Notes under the pieces: generated by a model
What the model saw: the letters and a program-made list of their open reading frames with translations, nothing else
Databases searched by the model: none
Told to the model about the DNA's origin: nothing
Made by a program: the position numbers and the translations under genes
In this document: positions 9,179 through 18,904 of the stretch, in pieces
How positions within the stretch are numbered: the stretch's first letter is position 1
How the letters are laid out: each line of letters begins with the position of its first letter
NCBI GenBank assembly: GCA_027489915.1
Contig: JAIXZB010000028.1
Span: 1 to 60,925, forward strand
From: Rickettsiales bacterium
GTDB lineage: Bacteria; Pseudomonadota; Alphaproteobacteria; Rickettsiales; UBA3002
Direction of reading: 5' to 3'
DNA: 60,925 bases

Positions 9179-10291
9179 CTAGGCCCAGTCGTTTTTCTTA
9201 TGGCCATAGAAACTGGCCATAGAATTATAGTCGTTGCTGGGCGATGTGCCATAGATACTGGATGCAGTTTGCTGGGTATCGCTTGGAGCATGACCCCAGA
9301 AGTTATTGCTGGTTTCTTGCGCTGGTGGAGTGTAGCTCGCAAAAATATTTCCGTTATTTTGCTCTTGGATGGGGTTGCCCCATATGTTGCCATTATTTTG
9401 TTCTGGAGCTGTATAGCTCGCATAAATAGAGCTGGCACTTGAGGGTTGATTCCAACCATTTGTAGCGGCAGGCTCTGTGCCATAGAAACTTGCCATAGAA
9501 CCGCCATTCCATGAGGAACTCTCTGAATTCCAACCCGTGCTTGCGTAAAAACTGTTTACATCATTCCCACTTGGGGAAGCATTACCAAAAGCATCGGTTG
9601 CTGTACGGTTACCTGCGAAATCGAGATTGTAACGCTGCGCTCCATCCCAGACGTAATCCTGCACACCTTCGGTTTGAATGACGTTACCGAACTGATCGCG
9701 ACGCTCGCTAGTCGATGAACCTACACCGCCGGTCCATGCATTTGTGTTGTGGCCAGCGAATAAACCACCATTGGTTTGAGTAAAACCAGTACCATCTGCG
9801 GCATAGCCACTTGGGTTGTAACTATTCATCTGGTTAAGGTTCGCAAACTGATCCATCACGCTGCCAGCAAGTCCAAGCCCCATTTCGACAAAACTTTTTC
9901 CATCAGGACCGTAATCAACTTTACCGTATAAATCCTCGGAAAGGCTAGTTACGCCCGTTCTTTCATCAACTTGAATATGCTGCGCTACGGCACTTGTTAG
10001 TGCATCATTCTGAGTAATTCTTGTGCCATGCGCTTCTTCGATATTTCGGAGCGTATCGCTTGCGCCAAATGCATCGGTTTGTTGGGATTGGTGCCCCGTT
10101 AAGTGACCACCAGAACTTGTGTAGGGATCATAATTTGTATTATTTTTTGCTACCAGTTGTGAATACACTTCACGGCCAGCAGTAAGCTTATTATAATTCT
10201 TACTGGCCTCTCTCAGCCATACGTTAGAGCGCTTCGAACCTTCTTCGTCCGATGACATGCCTGACATGATATTCCACGTACCGCGCGACAT
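9179..10291 (-). CDS. hypothetical protein, Asn/Ser/Gly/aromatic-rich with C-terminal short repeats
   Basis: 370-aa ORF with an ATG start and AAGGG 6 nt upstream. I recognise no family motif and no obvious signal peptide. Repeated motifs are SMASFYG x2, EQNNGNI[WF] x2 and ASSIY x2. Confidence 0.6.
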   Translation of the reverse strand: MSRGTWNIMSGMSSDEEGSKRSNVWLREASKNYNKLTAGREVYSQLVAKNNTNYDPYTSSGGHLTGHQSQQTDAFGASDTLRNIEEAHGTRITQNDALTSAVAQHIQVDERTGVTSLSEDLYGKVDYGPDGKSFVEMGLGLAGSVMDQFANLNQMNSYNPSGYAADGTGFTQTNGGLFAGHNTNAWTGGVGSSTSERRDQFGNVIQTEGVQDYVWDGAQRYNLDFAGNRTATDAFGNASPSGNDVNSFYASTGWNSESSSWNGGSMASFYGTEPAATNGWNQPSSASSIYASYTAPEQNNGNIWGNPIQEQNNGNIFASYTPPAQETSNNFWGHAPSDTQQTASSIYGTSPSNDYNSMASFYGHKKNDWA

Positions 10292-10365
10292 TTATGCCCT
10301 TTATGCGTTATGATTCCCTAACATTAGTGTGCCAGAGTTATATTACGATTGTATGACGGAAGTGG

Positions 10366-10380
10366 TTAATAACTGGTTAA
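10366..10380. promoter_or_regulatory. TTAA-N7-TTAA motif (CtrA-box consensus) upstream of the 370-aa orphan
   Basis: The exact string ttaaTAACTGGttaa lies 75-89 bp upstream of the ATG at 10291, in the acs/orphan intergenic region. This is a motif match only. Confidence 0.3.
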
Positions 10381-10401
10381 TTTTTAGCCTTTTCAACAGG
10401 T

Positions 10402-12315
10402 TTATGATGATTTTCCAGCAATTAAATCATCCACAATATCGGGATTGAGCAATGTTGAGGTGTCACCCAGATTGCTGATATCGCCCTCGGCGATTTTGCG
10501 GAGGATGCGGCGCATGATTTTACCTGAGCGCGTTTTGGGCAGTGCGGGTGTGAAGTGAATTGTATCTGGCACGGCTAAGCCGCCAATATGCTCGCGTACA
10601 TGCTGTTTCAAGATGGCGGCCTCAAGCACCAGTATATTTTCGTTTAAGGTTACGTAGGCGTATATCCCTTGCCCTTTGATATCATGCGGGAACCCTACTA
10701 CGGCGGCTTCGGCCACATCGGGGTGTGCCACGAGCGCACTTTCGATTTCGGCAGTGCCTAAGCGATGTCCTGAGACGTTGATAACGTCATCGACACGGCC
10801 TGTTATCCAGTAATACCCATCCGCGTCGCGTCTTGCGCCATCGGAGGTAAAATAGGCGCCTTTGACGGTTGAAAAATAGGTTTGGATAAAGCGTGCATGA
10901 TCGCCCCAGATGGTGCGGGCTTGGCCCGGCCATGAATCTGTGATGCAGAGCATCCCCTCGGCTGCGCCTTCTAAGCGATTCGCATTGGCATCGAACAAGG
11001 CAGGTTGCACGCCAAAAAATGGCCAGCTTGCTGCACCCGGCTTGAGAGGAGTTACTGCAGGAATGGGGAGAATCATGTGGCCACCTGTTTCAGTTTGCCA
11101 CCATGTATCGATTATAGGACAGCGCCCATCGCCCACGATGTTGTAATACCACAACCATGCTTCGGGATTGATGGGCTCACCGACTGAGCCTAAGAGCTTA
11201 AGTGAAGTCCGCGAAGTAGCTTTCACAGGCGAATCGCCGAGGCGCATGAGCGAACGCACAGCAGTGGGTGCGGTGTAGAATTTGGTGACACGGTGCGTAT
11301 CTACGACCTGCCAGTAGCGCGAGGCATCAGGATAGGTGGGGATGCCTTCAAACAGCAGCGTAGTTGCGCCGCATAAAAGCGGACCATAGACCATATAACT
11401 ATGGCCTGTTATCCAGCCCACATCGGCGGTGCACCAGTAGATATCATCTTCCTCCAAATTGAAGGCGTAGAAGGTTGTCATCGCGGCATAGACCATATAG
11501 CCTGCGGTGCTGTGCAAGAGGCCCTTAGGTTTGCCCGTGGAGCCTGATGTGTAGAGAATGAAAAGCGGATCTTCGCTTTCCATAATTTCTGCTTCGCACT
11601 TTGTGGATTGATTCACTACTGTATCATGCCACCAGATGTCTGTTTTGGGGTTCCACGCAATCTCTCCGCTCGTGTTTTTTAGTACGATAACATGGCGTAT
11701 ACTCAGGCCTTCTATCGCTTTATCGACACTCGCTTTGAGGGCAATGGTTTTTCCCCCTCTGCGGCCTTCATCAGCGGTGATGACGATCTCGCTTGAGCAA
11801 TCTTCGATACGGCTGCGGATGGAATCGGGGGAAAACCCGCCGAACACCACGGAATGAATCGCGCCGATACGGGCGCAGGCAAGCATGGCGATTGCGGCCT
11901 CTGGCACCTGCGGCATATAGATGGTAACGCGGTCGCCTTTTTTGACATTTAGGGCGCTCAGACCATTTGCAAAGCGGCACACTTCAGCATGTAATTCACG
12001 ATACGTTAGCGTGCGGTTATGCCCTACTGTATCGCCTTCCCATATAATGGCAATTTTATCGCCCCTTGTAACGAGGTGACGATCGAGGCAATTTTCGGTG
12101 ATGTTTAGCTGCGCGCCTTCGAACCAACGAACCCGAACATCGCCTGTGAAGTTTGTATTTTTAACTGTGTGCCAGCGCTTTTTCCATGTGAAGTTTTCGG
12201 CCTGAGTGGCCCAAAATGTTTCAGGGTCACGCACCGACTCCGCATACATCGCGCGATATGAATCGCTTGTGAGATGGGCGTTTGCGAGGTGGGGATGCAA
12301 GGGTTCGGAAGTCAT
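10402..12315 (-). CDS. acs: acetyl-CoA synthetase
   Basis: 637 aa with the AMP-binding signature [11 protein letters not shown] and the Acs-typical N-terminus and C-terminus ([16 protein letters not shown]). Confidence 0.95.
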   Translation of the reverse strand: MTSEPLHPHLANAHLTSDSYRAMYAESVRDPETFWATQAENFTWKKRWHTVKNTNFTGDVRVRWFEGAQLNITENCLDRHLVTRGDKIAIIWEGDTVGHNRTLTYRELHAEVCRFANGLSALNVKKGDRVTIYMPQVPEAAIAMLACARIGAIHSVVFGGFSPDSIRSRIEDCSSEIVITADEGRRGGKTIALKASVDKAIEGLSIRHVIVLKNTSGEIAWNPKTDIWWHDTVVNQSTKCEAEIMESEDPLFILYTSGSTGKPKGLLHSTAGYMVYAAMTTFYAFNLEEDDIYWCTADVGWITGHSYMVYGPLLCGATTLLFEGIPTYPDASRYWQVVDTHRVTKFYTAPTAVRSLMRLGDSPVKATSRTSLKLLGSVGEPINPEAWLWYYNIVGDGRCPIIDTWWQTETGGHMILPIPAVTPLKPGAASWPFFGVQPALFDANANRLEGAAEGMLCITDSWPGQARTIWGDHARFIQTYFSTVKGAYFTSDGARRDADGYYWITGRVDDVINVSGHRLGTAEIESALVAHPDVAEAAVVGFPHDIKGQGIYAYVTLNENILVLEAAILKQHVREHIGGLAVPDTIHFTPALPKTRSGKIMRRILRKIAEGDISNLGDTSTLLNPDIVDDLIAGKSS

Positions 12316-12370
12316 AGGCGTTGTCCTATCCTGAGGGATACACAGTACGCTTAATTAGTGGGCAGCGCAA

Positions 12371-12670
12371 TCACTCGCCTTCATCGAATTTATTATTCAC
12401 AAGGGCTGAAATTGCTTCGATGGCTGCTGCTGCATCCTCGCCTTCGGCAGTGACATCGATTTCCACCCCTTTTTCGCCTGCGAGCATGAGCACACCAAGT
12501 ATCGAGGTGGCCATAACTGTTGATGCTTCTATTTTCTCGTGCGGGCGTGGAAGGCGTGTGACGCTTACACGTGAGGTGAATTGCCCTGCGGTTTTGACAA
12601 GTTTTGCAGCCGCGCGGGCATGGAGGCCTTTTTTATTTTGAATCAGCAGACGCGCCGTAGCAATCGACAT
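12371..12670 (-). CDS. ptsH: HPr-family phosphocarrier protein (NPr-like)
   Basis: 99 aa with an active-site His context of NKKGLHARAAAKLV. It is part of the PTS-Ntr gene string. Confidence 0.8.
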   Translation of the reverse strand: MSIATARLLIQNKKGLHARAAAKLVKTAGQFTSRVSVTRLPRPHEKIEASTVMATSILGVLMLAGEKGVEIDVTAEGEDAAAAIEAISALVNNKFDEGE

Positions 12671-12673
12671 GCA

Positions 12674-13078
12674 CTAGCCTGCTTTCTTGAGCAGGTTGCT
12701 TGCGACATTGATATATTTGCGGCCTGATTCTTGTGCAGTGAGTACGGCTTGCATAAGCGGCAAACTTGCTCGTACACTGATGAGTTTGATGAGCATGGGC
12801 AGATTGATACCTGCTATCACTTCTACATTCTCAAGCCCCATAACGGAAATGGCGAGGTTTGAAGGAGTACCGCCAAACATATCGGTAAGGATGACCACAC
12901 CTGCGCCTTTTTCAACCAGTTTTACGGCGGCAATAATGTCTTCGCGGCGGGATTCAATCACGTCGTCGGGCTCGATACAGATAGGTAACACATGTTGTTG
13001 TTTGCCGACCACATGCTCGGCTACCGCGATAAAGTCGCGCGCGAGATTGCCGTGTGTGACAAGAACGATTCCAATCAT
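12674..13078 (-). CDS. PTS EIIA component, mannose/fructose family
   Basis: 134 aa. MIGIVLVTHGNLA carries the EIIA-Man phospho-His near the N-terminus. It lies between the hprK-like gene and HPr, as in other alphaproteobacteria. Confidence 0.8.
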   Translation of the reverse strand: MIGIVLVTHGNLARDFIAVAEHVVGKQQHVLPICIEPDDVIESRREDIIAAVKLVEKGAGVVILTDMFGGTPSNLAISVMGLENVEVIAGINLPMLIKLISVRASLPLMQAVLTAQESGRKYINVASNLLKKAG

Positions 13079-13132
13079 GGGTGCTGATTAGCCCAGCTAT
13101 GCGCCTTACGCAAGGGATTTGCTGTAAGATGG

Positions 13133-13639
13133 CTAAACCTTCATACAAAAGCTGAGGGATTGGTGCGAATCTGCCATCCAATCCTCGGGTAGCCAAGTGC
13201 CCGATTGTATTGCAGCAACCAAAAGTTGGATTTTGGCAGGGCTTGAGACATGCAGGGGGTCAAGTGTCACTTCATCGACGGCTATAGCTTCCATTATCCA
13301 TTTGCGCCGCGGTGGCAGGCGTTCACCTAGCCCTGATATACATTGCACGACTAAACGCAACGGCGAGCGGGCGGTGTGAGGGAGTTTTATAAGCCCGATG
13401 CCGCGCAGTTCGATGACGCCAGCGAGTGACGCGGGTGGACTTAGATGTAATCCTTGATTCGCAGGGAATATATCCACCTGATCATCGGCGATTAAAGTTG
13501 CGCCATTGGCAATAAGACGAAGGGCTAAATCGGTTTTACCAACACCTGATTCACCTAAAAGAAGTACCCCCTCGCCCTTGACGCATACTGCTGTTGCGTG
13601 GCGACGCATGACGTAACTATTTTCTGTATCCCCAAGCAC
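13133..13639 (-). CDS. hprK: HPr kinase/phosphorylase, C-terminal-domain-only form
   Basis: Has the P-loop LLLGESGVGKTDLALRL followed by VIELRGIGLI, and is short like alphaproteobacterial HprK. The track start is a GTG overlapping the ptsN stop. An alternative ATG lies at 13609. Confidence 0.75.
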   Translation of the reverse strand: MLGDTENSYVMRRHATAVCVKGEGVLLLGESGVGKTDLALRLIANGATLIADDQVDIFPANQGLHLSPPASLAGVIELRGIGLIKLPHTARSPLRLVVQCISGLGERLPPRRKWIMEAIAVDEVTLDPLHVSSPAKIQLLVAAIQSGTWLPEDWMADSHQSLSFCMKV

Positions 13640-14088
13640 TAGCTATCTTCGCTGGTGAGGGTGAAATAGATGGTTTCTTTATCGCTTGTGCGCAATTCAT
13701 CTCGGCGTGATGCATCGCGCAGGATGGTAGCGAGCTTGCCGACACCGCGCAAATATTCAGCGTTAGCATTTTCTGGGGCGAGCAGAACCACAAAAATATC
13801 TACAGGCACATTATCAGCAGCGTTGGCATTGACTGGCTCTAACAGCTGAATAAACACACCATGAATGGCTTTCAACCCATCAAGCCGAGCATGCGGAAGT
13901 GCAACGCCATGGCCGATGCTGGTGGAGCCTTTTTGCTCGCGCTCCCACAGCACATCTTTGATTTGCTGTGGGCGCAGCGAGGTGATGTAGGATAAATGCA
14001 CTGCCGCGATTTCGAGCGCATCGTCGAGCGAGGAGGCTTTGCGTGATAGCAACAGTGAATCACGCGTGAGTACATCGGCTACATTCAT
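13639..14088 (-). CDS. ptsN: PTS EIIA-Ntr (nitrogen regulatory IIA)
   Basis: 149 aa with active-site motif TSIGHGVALPHARL. It is located downstream of rpoN-hpf. Confidence 0.85.
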   Translation of the reverse strand: MNVADVLTRDSLLLSRKASSLDDALEIAAVHLSYITSLRPQQIKDVLWEREQKGSTSIGHGVALPHARLDGLKAIHGVFIQLLEPVNANAADNVPVDIFVVLLAPENANAEYLRGVGKLATILRDASRRDELRTSDKETIYFTLTSEDS

Positions 14089-14097
14089 AGGGCTATG

Positions 14098-14694
14098 CTA
14101 TGCAGCCACCGCTTCGGGATCGACCCATGAGATATTGCCATCGACACGGCGATAAATGACATTAATGCGGCCATGCGCGGAGTTCACGAAGAGCAATGCT
14201 GGCAAATCGGTCAAATCCATTTTCATCACGGCCTGACTTACCGTAAGCGTTTCGATTTCAGTGGGTTTTTCAGCGATAACTACTGGTGCGCCTTCGTCTT
14301 CTAACTCGCGGTTATCATCTTCGGGTTTGAGCACGTATTTTTTCGCCCGCACACTTATGCCTGAGTCATCGAGCGTTCTGGCATCCTGCCCCACGTGGTG
14401 ATTGGTGAGGCGGCGTTTGTAGCGGCGGAGCTGCTTTTCCAAACGTTCTGCTGCTTGATCAAATGCAGCATATACATCGGTTGAGGTGCCCTTGCTATTA
14501 ACCATCATGTGCGCATGGGTGCCTGTATTGCCATGGATATCGACACGGAACAGGTGCGATTCTTTAGAAACTACGACCTCTACTTTGGTTACGCGCTCGA
14601 GGTATTTATTCACGCCTTCTTTAAGCCGTGCTTCGGCGTGTGTGCGGAAGGATTCACCGAGATCGACATGCCTGCCAGAGATGTTTAATTGCAT
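14098..14694 (-). CDS. hpf: ribosome hibernation promoting factor, long form
   Basis: MQLNISGRHVDLGESFR... is a sigma54-modulation/S30EA N-domain, followed by a C-terminal dimerisation domain (FVNSAHGRINVIYRRVDGNISWVDP). I start at the internal ATG. The track ORF extends to 14739. Confidence 0.85.
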   Translation of the reverse strand: MQLNISGRHVDLGESFRTHAEARLKEGVNKYLERVTKVEVVVSKESHLFRVDIHGNTGTHAHMMVNSKGTSTDVYAAFDQAAERLEKQLRRYKRRLTNHHVGQDARTLDDSGISVRAKKYVLKPEDDNRELEDEGAPVVIAEKPTEIETLTVSQAVMKMDLTDLPALLFVNSAHGRINVIYRRVDGNISWVDPEAVAA

Positions 14695-14816
14695 AAGGTT
14701 CCCTTTATGTTGTGATTTTTTTGTTGGGCGCATACGCAAGAACTGCGCATATGTTCAATATAGTACCATTTTGGAAAAAAATCCACGGCGATTGACAGGA
14801 TTATTTGGAATTAATG

Positions 14817-16001
14817 TTAAGCCCCGGGAATGCGCACACCGAGCGCTTTGCTTAAGGCATCAAGTTGGCCATAATAGGCCACACGTTTGGCGATACGGGG
14901 CATGATGCCCGACCACTTGAATTCACCTTTTATTTTACCATCGGGAGTTTCACCGCGCGATTGGAACGTAAAAATATCCTGCATGGTGATAACTTCGCCT
15001 TCCATGCCAACAATCTCGGAAACGTAGGTAATACGGCGCATACCATCGCGCATGCGGCTAACTTGCACGAAAAAATGCACGGCTGATGCGATTTGTTGGC
15101 GAATGGCGATGGGGGGAAGATTCATGTTGGCCATATTCACCATGTTTTCCATGCGCGCCAATGCATCGCGCGGGTGGTTAGCGTGGACAGTGGTGAACGA
15201 GCCTTCATGGCCGGTGTTCATAGCCTGCATCATATCGAAAGCCTCGGGCCCGCGAACCTCGCCGACCAGAATGCGGTCAGGGCGCATACGTAGTGCGTTG
15301 CGCACCAAATCGCGCATGGTGACTTCTTCATCGCGATCCATGCCGAAGGAGAATGGGCGCGTTTCGAGCCGAACTACATGCGGCTGTTGCAAGCGCAATT
15401 CCGCTGCATCCTCAATGGTGACAATGCGCTCATGCGGATCGATGTGTTGAGAAATAGCGTTAAGGAGTGTGGTTTTACCAGAACCTGTTCCGCCCGAGAT
15501 GATAATATTCATTCGGCAGCGGCCACAAACCTTGAGGAAATCGGCAAGGCTTTGCGACATATTCTGTTGTTCAGCCATCGCTTCGAGCGTGATGGGGCGG
15601 CGGGAGAATTTACGAATGGAGATGTTGGTGCCATCAACTGATAGTGGCGGTGCGATAATATTCACGCGGCTGCCATCCTGCAAACGTGCATCGACGAGAG
15701 GCTTGCGAGGGTTGATAGCGCGCCCCACCTGTGCGGCAATAGCAGCACCAAGCTCAAGCAGCGCGGTGTCGGATGGAAAAGTTACGGGCACATGCTCGAG
15801 CTTGCCATAGCGCTCGACAAACACGCGGTCGGGCCCGTTGATGAGAATATCGGTGACGGAATCTTCGACCATGTAAGGGCGCAGATATTCAAGATAACGC
15901 AGGCCATCGGTAGATACGGGAATAGAATCAGGTGTAGCATCTGCAGGGGGCATACGCTTGGGGTCAAGGCTGCCAAATATGGATGCGAAGTCTTCTACCA
16001 T
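14817..16001 (-). CDS. CpaF/TadA-family type II/IV secretion ATPase (solitary)
   Basis: Walker A is [13 protein letters not shown], with Asp box/Walker B at [11 protein letters not shown]...ILVGEVRG and His box at [13 protein letters not shown]. The ATG at 16001 has AGGGA 8 nt upstream. The track ORF starts at a GTG at 16034. Confidence 0.8.
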   Translation of the reverse strand: MVEDFASIFGSLDPKRMPPADATPDSIPVSTDGLRYLEYLRPYMVEDSVTDILINGPDRVFVERYGKLEHVPVTFPSDTALLELGAAIAAQVGRAINPRKPLVDARLQDGSRVNIIAPPLSVDGTNISIRKFSRRPITLEAMAEQQNMSQSLADFLKVCGRCRMNIIISGGTGSGKTTLLNAISQHIDPHERIVTIEDAAELRLQQPHVVRLETRPFSFGMDRDEEVTMRDLVRNALRMRPDRILVGEVRGPEAFDMMQAMNTGHEGSFTTVHANHPRDALARMENMVNMANMNLPPIAIRQQIASAVHFFVQVSRMRDGMRRITYVSEIVGMEGEVITMQDIFTFQSRGETPDGKIKGEFKWSGIMPRIAKRVAYYGQLDALSKALGVRIPGA

Positions 16002-16066
16002 TTCATATTTCCCTGTTTTTACGTAGCAAGCCACAGACTGCGCTTAAATTCAAGTATTGAGTGGTA

Positions 16067-17566
16067 TTAGCTATTTTTTTGACGGCGGCGCACTACCGAA
16101 GAGGGGATGTTCATGGCTTCGCGGTATTTGGTTATGGTGCGGCGCGCAACGTCAATGTTTCTGTCTTTGAGAAGGGTTACAATAGCATCATCTGAGAGAA
16201 TAGATTTTGGGTTTTCGCCGTCAATCAATTCACGGATGTAGAACATAACGGTTTTACTTGAGAATTCCGCATCTCCCACCGCACCGCCGATAGAGGAGGT
16301 AAAGAAATATTTCATTTCAAACGTGCCACGCGGGGTGGACATGAATTTGCTGGTTGTAACACGACTGATAGTGGATTCGTGCATTTCTACCTGTGCTGCA
16401 ATATCTTTCAAAATCAGTGGTTTTAGGAAGCGGATACCGTGAAGAAAGAATTTCTCCTGCTGCTTTACTATTTCCTGCGCGACTTTGAGAATGGTTTCAG
16501 CGCGTTGATTAAGGGCTTTCACCAGCCAGCTTGCATTCTGCATCTGCTCTGAAACGTATTTTTTGGCTTCTTTATCTTTGGTGCGCGCCGATAACTCGGA
16601 TGCGTATTGTTGATTCACCAATACGCGAGGCAATGCATCAGGATTGAGTTCGATTATCCAGCCTTGTTTGCTGCGGCGAATTAACACATCGGGCGTTACG
16701 GCTTCAGCTACATCGTGGGTGAAGTGGCTTGCGGGGCGCGGGTTGCAAGCGCGTACATCGGCAATAATGAGTTGAAGTTCTTCGTCATCGACATTACAAA
16801 GCTTGCGCAGGGCTTGTGTGTTGCCTTCGGCCAGAAGATGCATATTGGCGAGGAAAATATCCATAGGACCGTCAAGCCTGCCTTTTTCTTCGAGTTGCAA
16901 ACGCAGGCACTCTTCGAGCGAGCGTGCGAATACACCAATGGGATCGAAGGATTGCAAAGCGCGGATGGTGACTTCCATAGTTTCGGCATCGGTACCGAGC
17001 AATTCGGCAAGGCTAGCTGTATCATCGCGCAGGTAGCCTGTTTCATCGAGCATATCGATAAGTTGCGCGCCGATAAGGCGCATGCCTGCATCCTCAATAT
17101 CGACATGAAGCTGCTCCAGCAGATGTTCGCGCAGTGAACGGGCTTCGGTAAGCGTCTGCTCCAGCCCTCGGCCTTCTTCATCGGGGTCGTAATCACGGCT
17201 TACTTCGCGGCCTGCGCCGCCCTGATTGGCGTAATACCCTGCATCGCCATCATCGGCCCACTCATCGTTGTAATCATCGCGGAAAGTTTCATCGCCTGCG
17301 GTTGCATCAGCCTCTGCTGACTCGGCATGCGTGGCGCTTGCTACTACTTCGCCCTCTTCTTCCTCGGGCGTTACTGCATCTGCATCGCGCTCGGTTTCGC
17401 TGCCACCCTCTTCGCGGCTTAGGAGAGGATTTTTTTCGATTTCAAGCTCGATAAATTCTGCAAGTTCGTTGGCAGAGAGTTGCAGCAGCTTAATGGATTG
17501 CTGTAGCTGCTGGGTCATCACCAGCTGCTGGCTTTGGCGTAATTCCTGTTTGAGACTCTGTACCAT
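16067..17566 (-). CDS. rpoN: RNA polymerase sigma-54 factor
   Basis: 499 aa with a Gln/Leu-rich region I, an acidic region II and the C-terminal RpoN box ARRTITKYRE. Confidence 0.95.
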   Translation of the reverse strand: MVQSLKQELRQSQQLVMTQQLQQSIKLLQLSANELAEFIELEIEKNPLLSREEGGSETERDADAVTPEEEEGEVVASATHAESAEADATAGDETFRDDYNDEWADDGDAGYYANQGGAGREVSRDYDPDEEGRGLEQTLTEARSLREHLLEQLHVDIEDAGMRLIGAQLIDMLDETGYLRDDTASLAELLGTDAETMEVTIRALQSFDPIGVFARSLEECLRLQLEEKGRLDGPMDIFLANMHLLAEGNTQALRKLCNVDDEELQLIIADVRACNPRPASHFTHDVAEAVTPDVLIRRSKQGWIIELNPDALPRVLVNQQYASELSARTKDKEAKKYVSEQMQNASWLVKALNQRAETILKVAQEIVKQQEKFFLHGIRFLKPLILKDIAAQVEMHESTISRVTTSKFMSTPRGTFEMKYFFTSSIGGAVGDAEFSSKTVMFYIRELIDGENPKSILSDDAIVTLLKDRNIDVARRTITKYREAMNIPSSVVRRRQKNS

Positions 17567-17569
17567 CTT

Positions 17570-18352
17570 TTACAGGCTAAACTTTTCTCCCAAATATACA
17601 CGCCGCACTTCGGTGTTATTCACAATTTCCGAAGGGCTGCCTTCCATAAGCACCATGCCATCGTGTATAATATAGGCGCGGTCGATAATATCGAGGGTTT
17701 CGCGCACGTTGTGATCGGTAATAAGCACTCCGATGCCACGGTCTTTGAGGTGGGATACGATATCGCGCACATCGGATATGGCTATGGGGTCAATACCTGC
17801 TAATGGCTCATCGAGCAGAATGAAGGATGGGCGGCCAGCGAGTGCGCGGGCGATTTCGCAACGACGACGCTCTCCCCCTGATAATCCCAGTGCAGGGGAT
17901 TGCCGCAAATGGGTAATGGAAAATTCGGCGAGCAATTCATCGAGCATCGCTTCGCGGCGTTCGGAATTTTGTTCGCTTACCTCGAGCACGGCCATAATAT
18001 TTTGCTCAACAGTTAAGCCACGAAAAATAGAAGCTTCCTGCGGCAAATAGCCAATGCCCAAGCGGGCGCGGCGATACATGGGAAGGTGGGTTATATCTGC
18101 GCCATCGAGCATTATCGTGCCGTAATCGGGGGCGATGAGGCCTGTTATCATGTAAAAACAGGTGGTTTTCCCTGCACCGTTGGGGCCAAGCAACCCAACC
18201 GCTTCACCGCGACGCACCGAGAGGCTGACATTTCGCACAACGGGACGCTTGGCATATTGTTTGCCCAGATTATTGACAGACAGGCCCGGCGTCGTGGGCA
18301 CTAAAACGGGCTTACCCCAGCCTGGCTCAACAAATGCAGGGGGTTTTTGCAT
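17570..18352 (-). CDS. lptB: LPS export ABC transporter ATP-binding protein LptB
   Basis: Walker A is GPNGAGKTT, the ABC signature is LSGGERRR and Walker B is ILLDEP. It lies downstream of lptA. Confidence 0.9.
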   Translation of the reverse strand: MQKPPAFVEPGWGKPVLVPTTPGLSVNNLGKQYAKRPVVRNVSLSVRRGEAVGLLGPNGAGKTTCFYMITGLIAPDYGTIMLDGADITHLPMYRRARLGIGYLPQEASIFRGLTVEQNIMAVLEVSEQNSERREAMLDELLAEFSITHLRQSPALGLSGGERRRCEIARALAGRPSFILLDEPLAGIDPIAISDVRDIVSHLKDRGIGVLITDHNVRETLDIIDRAYIIHDGMVLMEGSPSEIVNNTEVRRVYLGEKFSL

Positions 18353-18900
18353 TAAGGAGTAGCTCCAGCTGCTGGCTTATCGCCGGGTACGAATAATCCG
18401 CGCACGCGTCCTCCGCCTGTGGTTGAGACTCCGCCCGTTAGTACCGAGCGACCTGTGGTGAGGTTATACACTAATTTTGTGCCTTTGAGCAGATTTTTAT
18501 CGCGCGTCAAAAATACGTTACCCATAAGCTCGATAGTATTGTCATCGACGAGGTAAATGGCAGTGTCGCCCTGTGCGGTTTCAGTGGGAGTTGTGAAGAC
18601 TACTTTACCTGTTGATTCAATACGGTAGATGCCTTTTCCCATATTGGACTCAGCAGCAGGTTCGGCAGCCGCCCCACCCGATTCGCGGTAGAATACAGTC
18701 ATGGTATCGGCGCGCATGTTGACGGTGGCTTGTGTTGCTATCACGTTGCCTGTGAAGATCGCTTTATGTTCGTTTTGTAGCACCTCTAGCGCGTCGGATG
18801 CGATTTCGATGGGGGCATCGCTCGATAGCTTGGCCTGCGCATTTGCCTGCGCTGCACATAGGCAGACCATAAGGGCTATTAAATGGAAACGTAACTTCAT
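18352..18900 (-). CDS. lptA: LPS transport periplasmic protein LptA (OstA-like)
   Basis: Has a signal peptide (MKLRFHLIALMVCLCAAQANA) and OstA-type beta-jellyroll repeats. It sits between lptC and lptB. Confidence 0.8.
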   Translation of the reverse strand: MKLRFHLIALMVCLCAAQANAQAKLSSDAPIEIASDALEVLQNEHKAIFTGNVIATQATVNMRADTMTVFYRESGGAAAEPAAESNMGKGIYRIESTGKVVFTTPTETAQGDTAIYLVDDNTIELMGNVFLTRDKNLLKGTKLVYNLTTGRSVLTGGVSTTGGGRVRGLFVPGDKPAAGATP

Positions 18901-18904
18901 AGTT

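Noticed and set aside
10318-10335. Sigma54-like -24 element (minus strand CTGGCAC) upstream of the 370-aa orphan, which was tempting because rpoN is in the window.
   Set aside because: The sequence at the correct spacing is TGTTA rather than TTGC(A/T), so the essential -12 GC is absent. A similar TGGCAC at 32976 inside pdhB has the wrong spacing and no downstream gene.
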